Assembly: GCA_013265495.1 (NCBI GenBank)
Contig: MU058289.1
Span: 2,479,451-2,543,450 of the forward strand
From: Vicugna vicugna
Lineage: Eukaryota
Length of the DNA stretch: 64,000 bases
Direction of reading: 5' to 3'
Made by a program: the position numbers and the translations under genes. The notes beneath the pieces are model-generated. The model was not told the DNA's origin, ran no database searches, and was given only the letters and a program-made list of their open reading frames with translations. This document shows positions 63,633 to 64,000 of this stretch, one piece after another (position 1 is the first letter of the stretch; every line of letters begins with the position of its first letter).

Positions 63633-63893
63633 CACAGTAAGTGTGCCACATTCTCGGTGGGAATGCAGAAAACCTACTCCATGATCTGCTTAGCCATAGA
63701 TGACGATGATAAAACGGATAAAAACAAGAAAGTCTCAAAAAAGCGTTCATTTTTGAGCTGGAGCATCAACAAGAACAGACAGAAGTCGGTGAGCACCCTG
63801 TGCCTCCCGTCGGTCGGGGTCCCGGGGCCTCCGGTCAAGAAGAAGCTCCCGTCTCCGTTCAGCCTTCTCAACAGCGACAGCTCCTTGTACTAA
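63633..63893 (+). CDS. RHPN2: RHPN2 exon 15 coding part (261 nt incl. TAA); 3'UTR continues past the window end
   Basis: catgtgcag|[27 protein letters not shown]...[14 protein letters not shown]. Confidence 0.96.
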   Translation, partial: HSKCATFSVGMQKTYSMICLAIDDDDKTDKNKKVSKKRSFLSWSINKNRQKSVSTLCLPSVGVPGPPVKKKLPSPFSLLNSDSSLY

Positions 63894-64000
63894 TTAATGT
63901 GAGGAAACTAGGACGTTTCCAGGACAGACTGGGCCTCCGTATCTGTGCCTTAAAGGAACATTTCTAAATAGTCTCAAATCCCATTTTCTCACAGTGTAGA

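Larger units (their letters stand above)
14664..63893 (+). other. RHPN2: RHPN2 gene span, start to stop codon: 15 coding exons, 2058 nt, 685 aa rhophilin-2 (HR1 Rho-binding, Bro1, PDZ)
   Basis: All 15 exons join in phase through GT-AG introns into one uninterrupted ORF, colinear with recalled human RHPN2 (686 aa). It is one codon shorter in exon 1. Confidence 0.97.

Overview
Mammalian genomic DNA, probably camelid: about 15 copies of a tRNA-derived Vic-1-type SINE are present. The region is syntenic to human 19q13.11 and holds two head-to-head genes. GPATCH1 lies on the minus strand; only coding exons 1-2 are visible and the gene runs off the left edge. RHPN2 (rhophilin-2) lies on the plus strand with a complete coding region: 15 GT-AG exons, 2058 nt, 685 aa, HR1-Bro1-PDZ. 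The ~9 kb between the two promoters holds the most notable elements. (1) A young, TSD-flanked L1-mediated retroposon starts at the 5' end of an intact H/ACA snoRNA (SNORA3B/ACA3-2) and continues through the unspliced 3' part of the RPL27A host intron, the intact last RPL27A exon, a poly(A) signal and a poly(A) tail. It is a fossil of a snoRNA-capped polyadenylated RNA and still carries its own splice acceptor. (2) An unidentified CpG-rich ~550-bp polyadenylated insert splits an L2 element ~1 kb upstream of GPATCH1. (3) A twin-primed, 5'-inverted L1. The rest is ordinary intron with SINE, LINE, LTR and DNA-transposon relics. Gene and repeat family names come from recall of sequences, not from a database search, and repeat boundaries are approximate.
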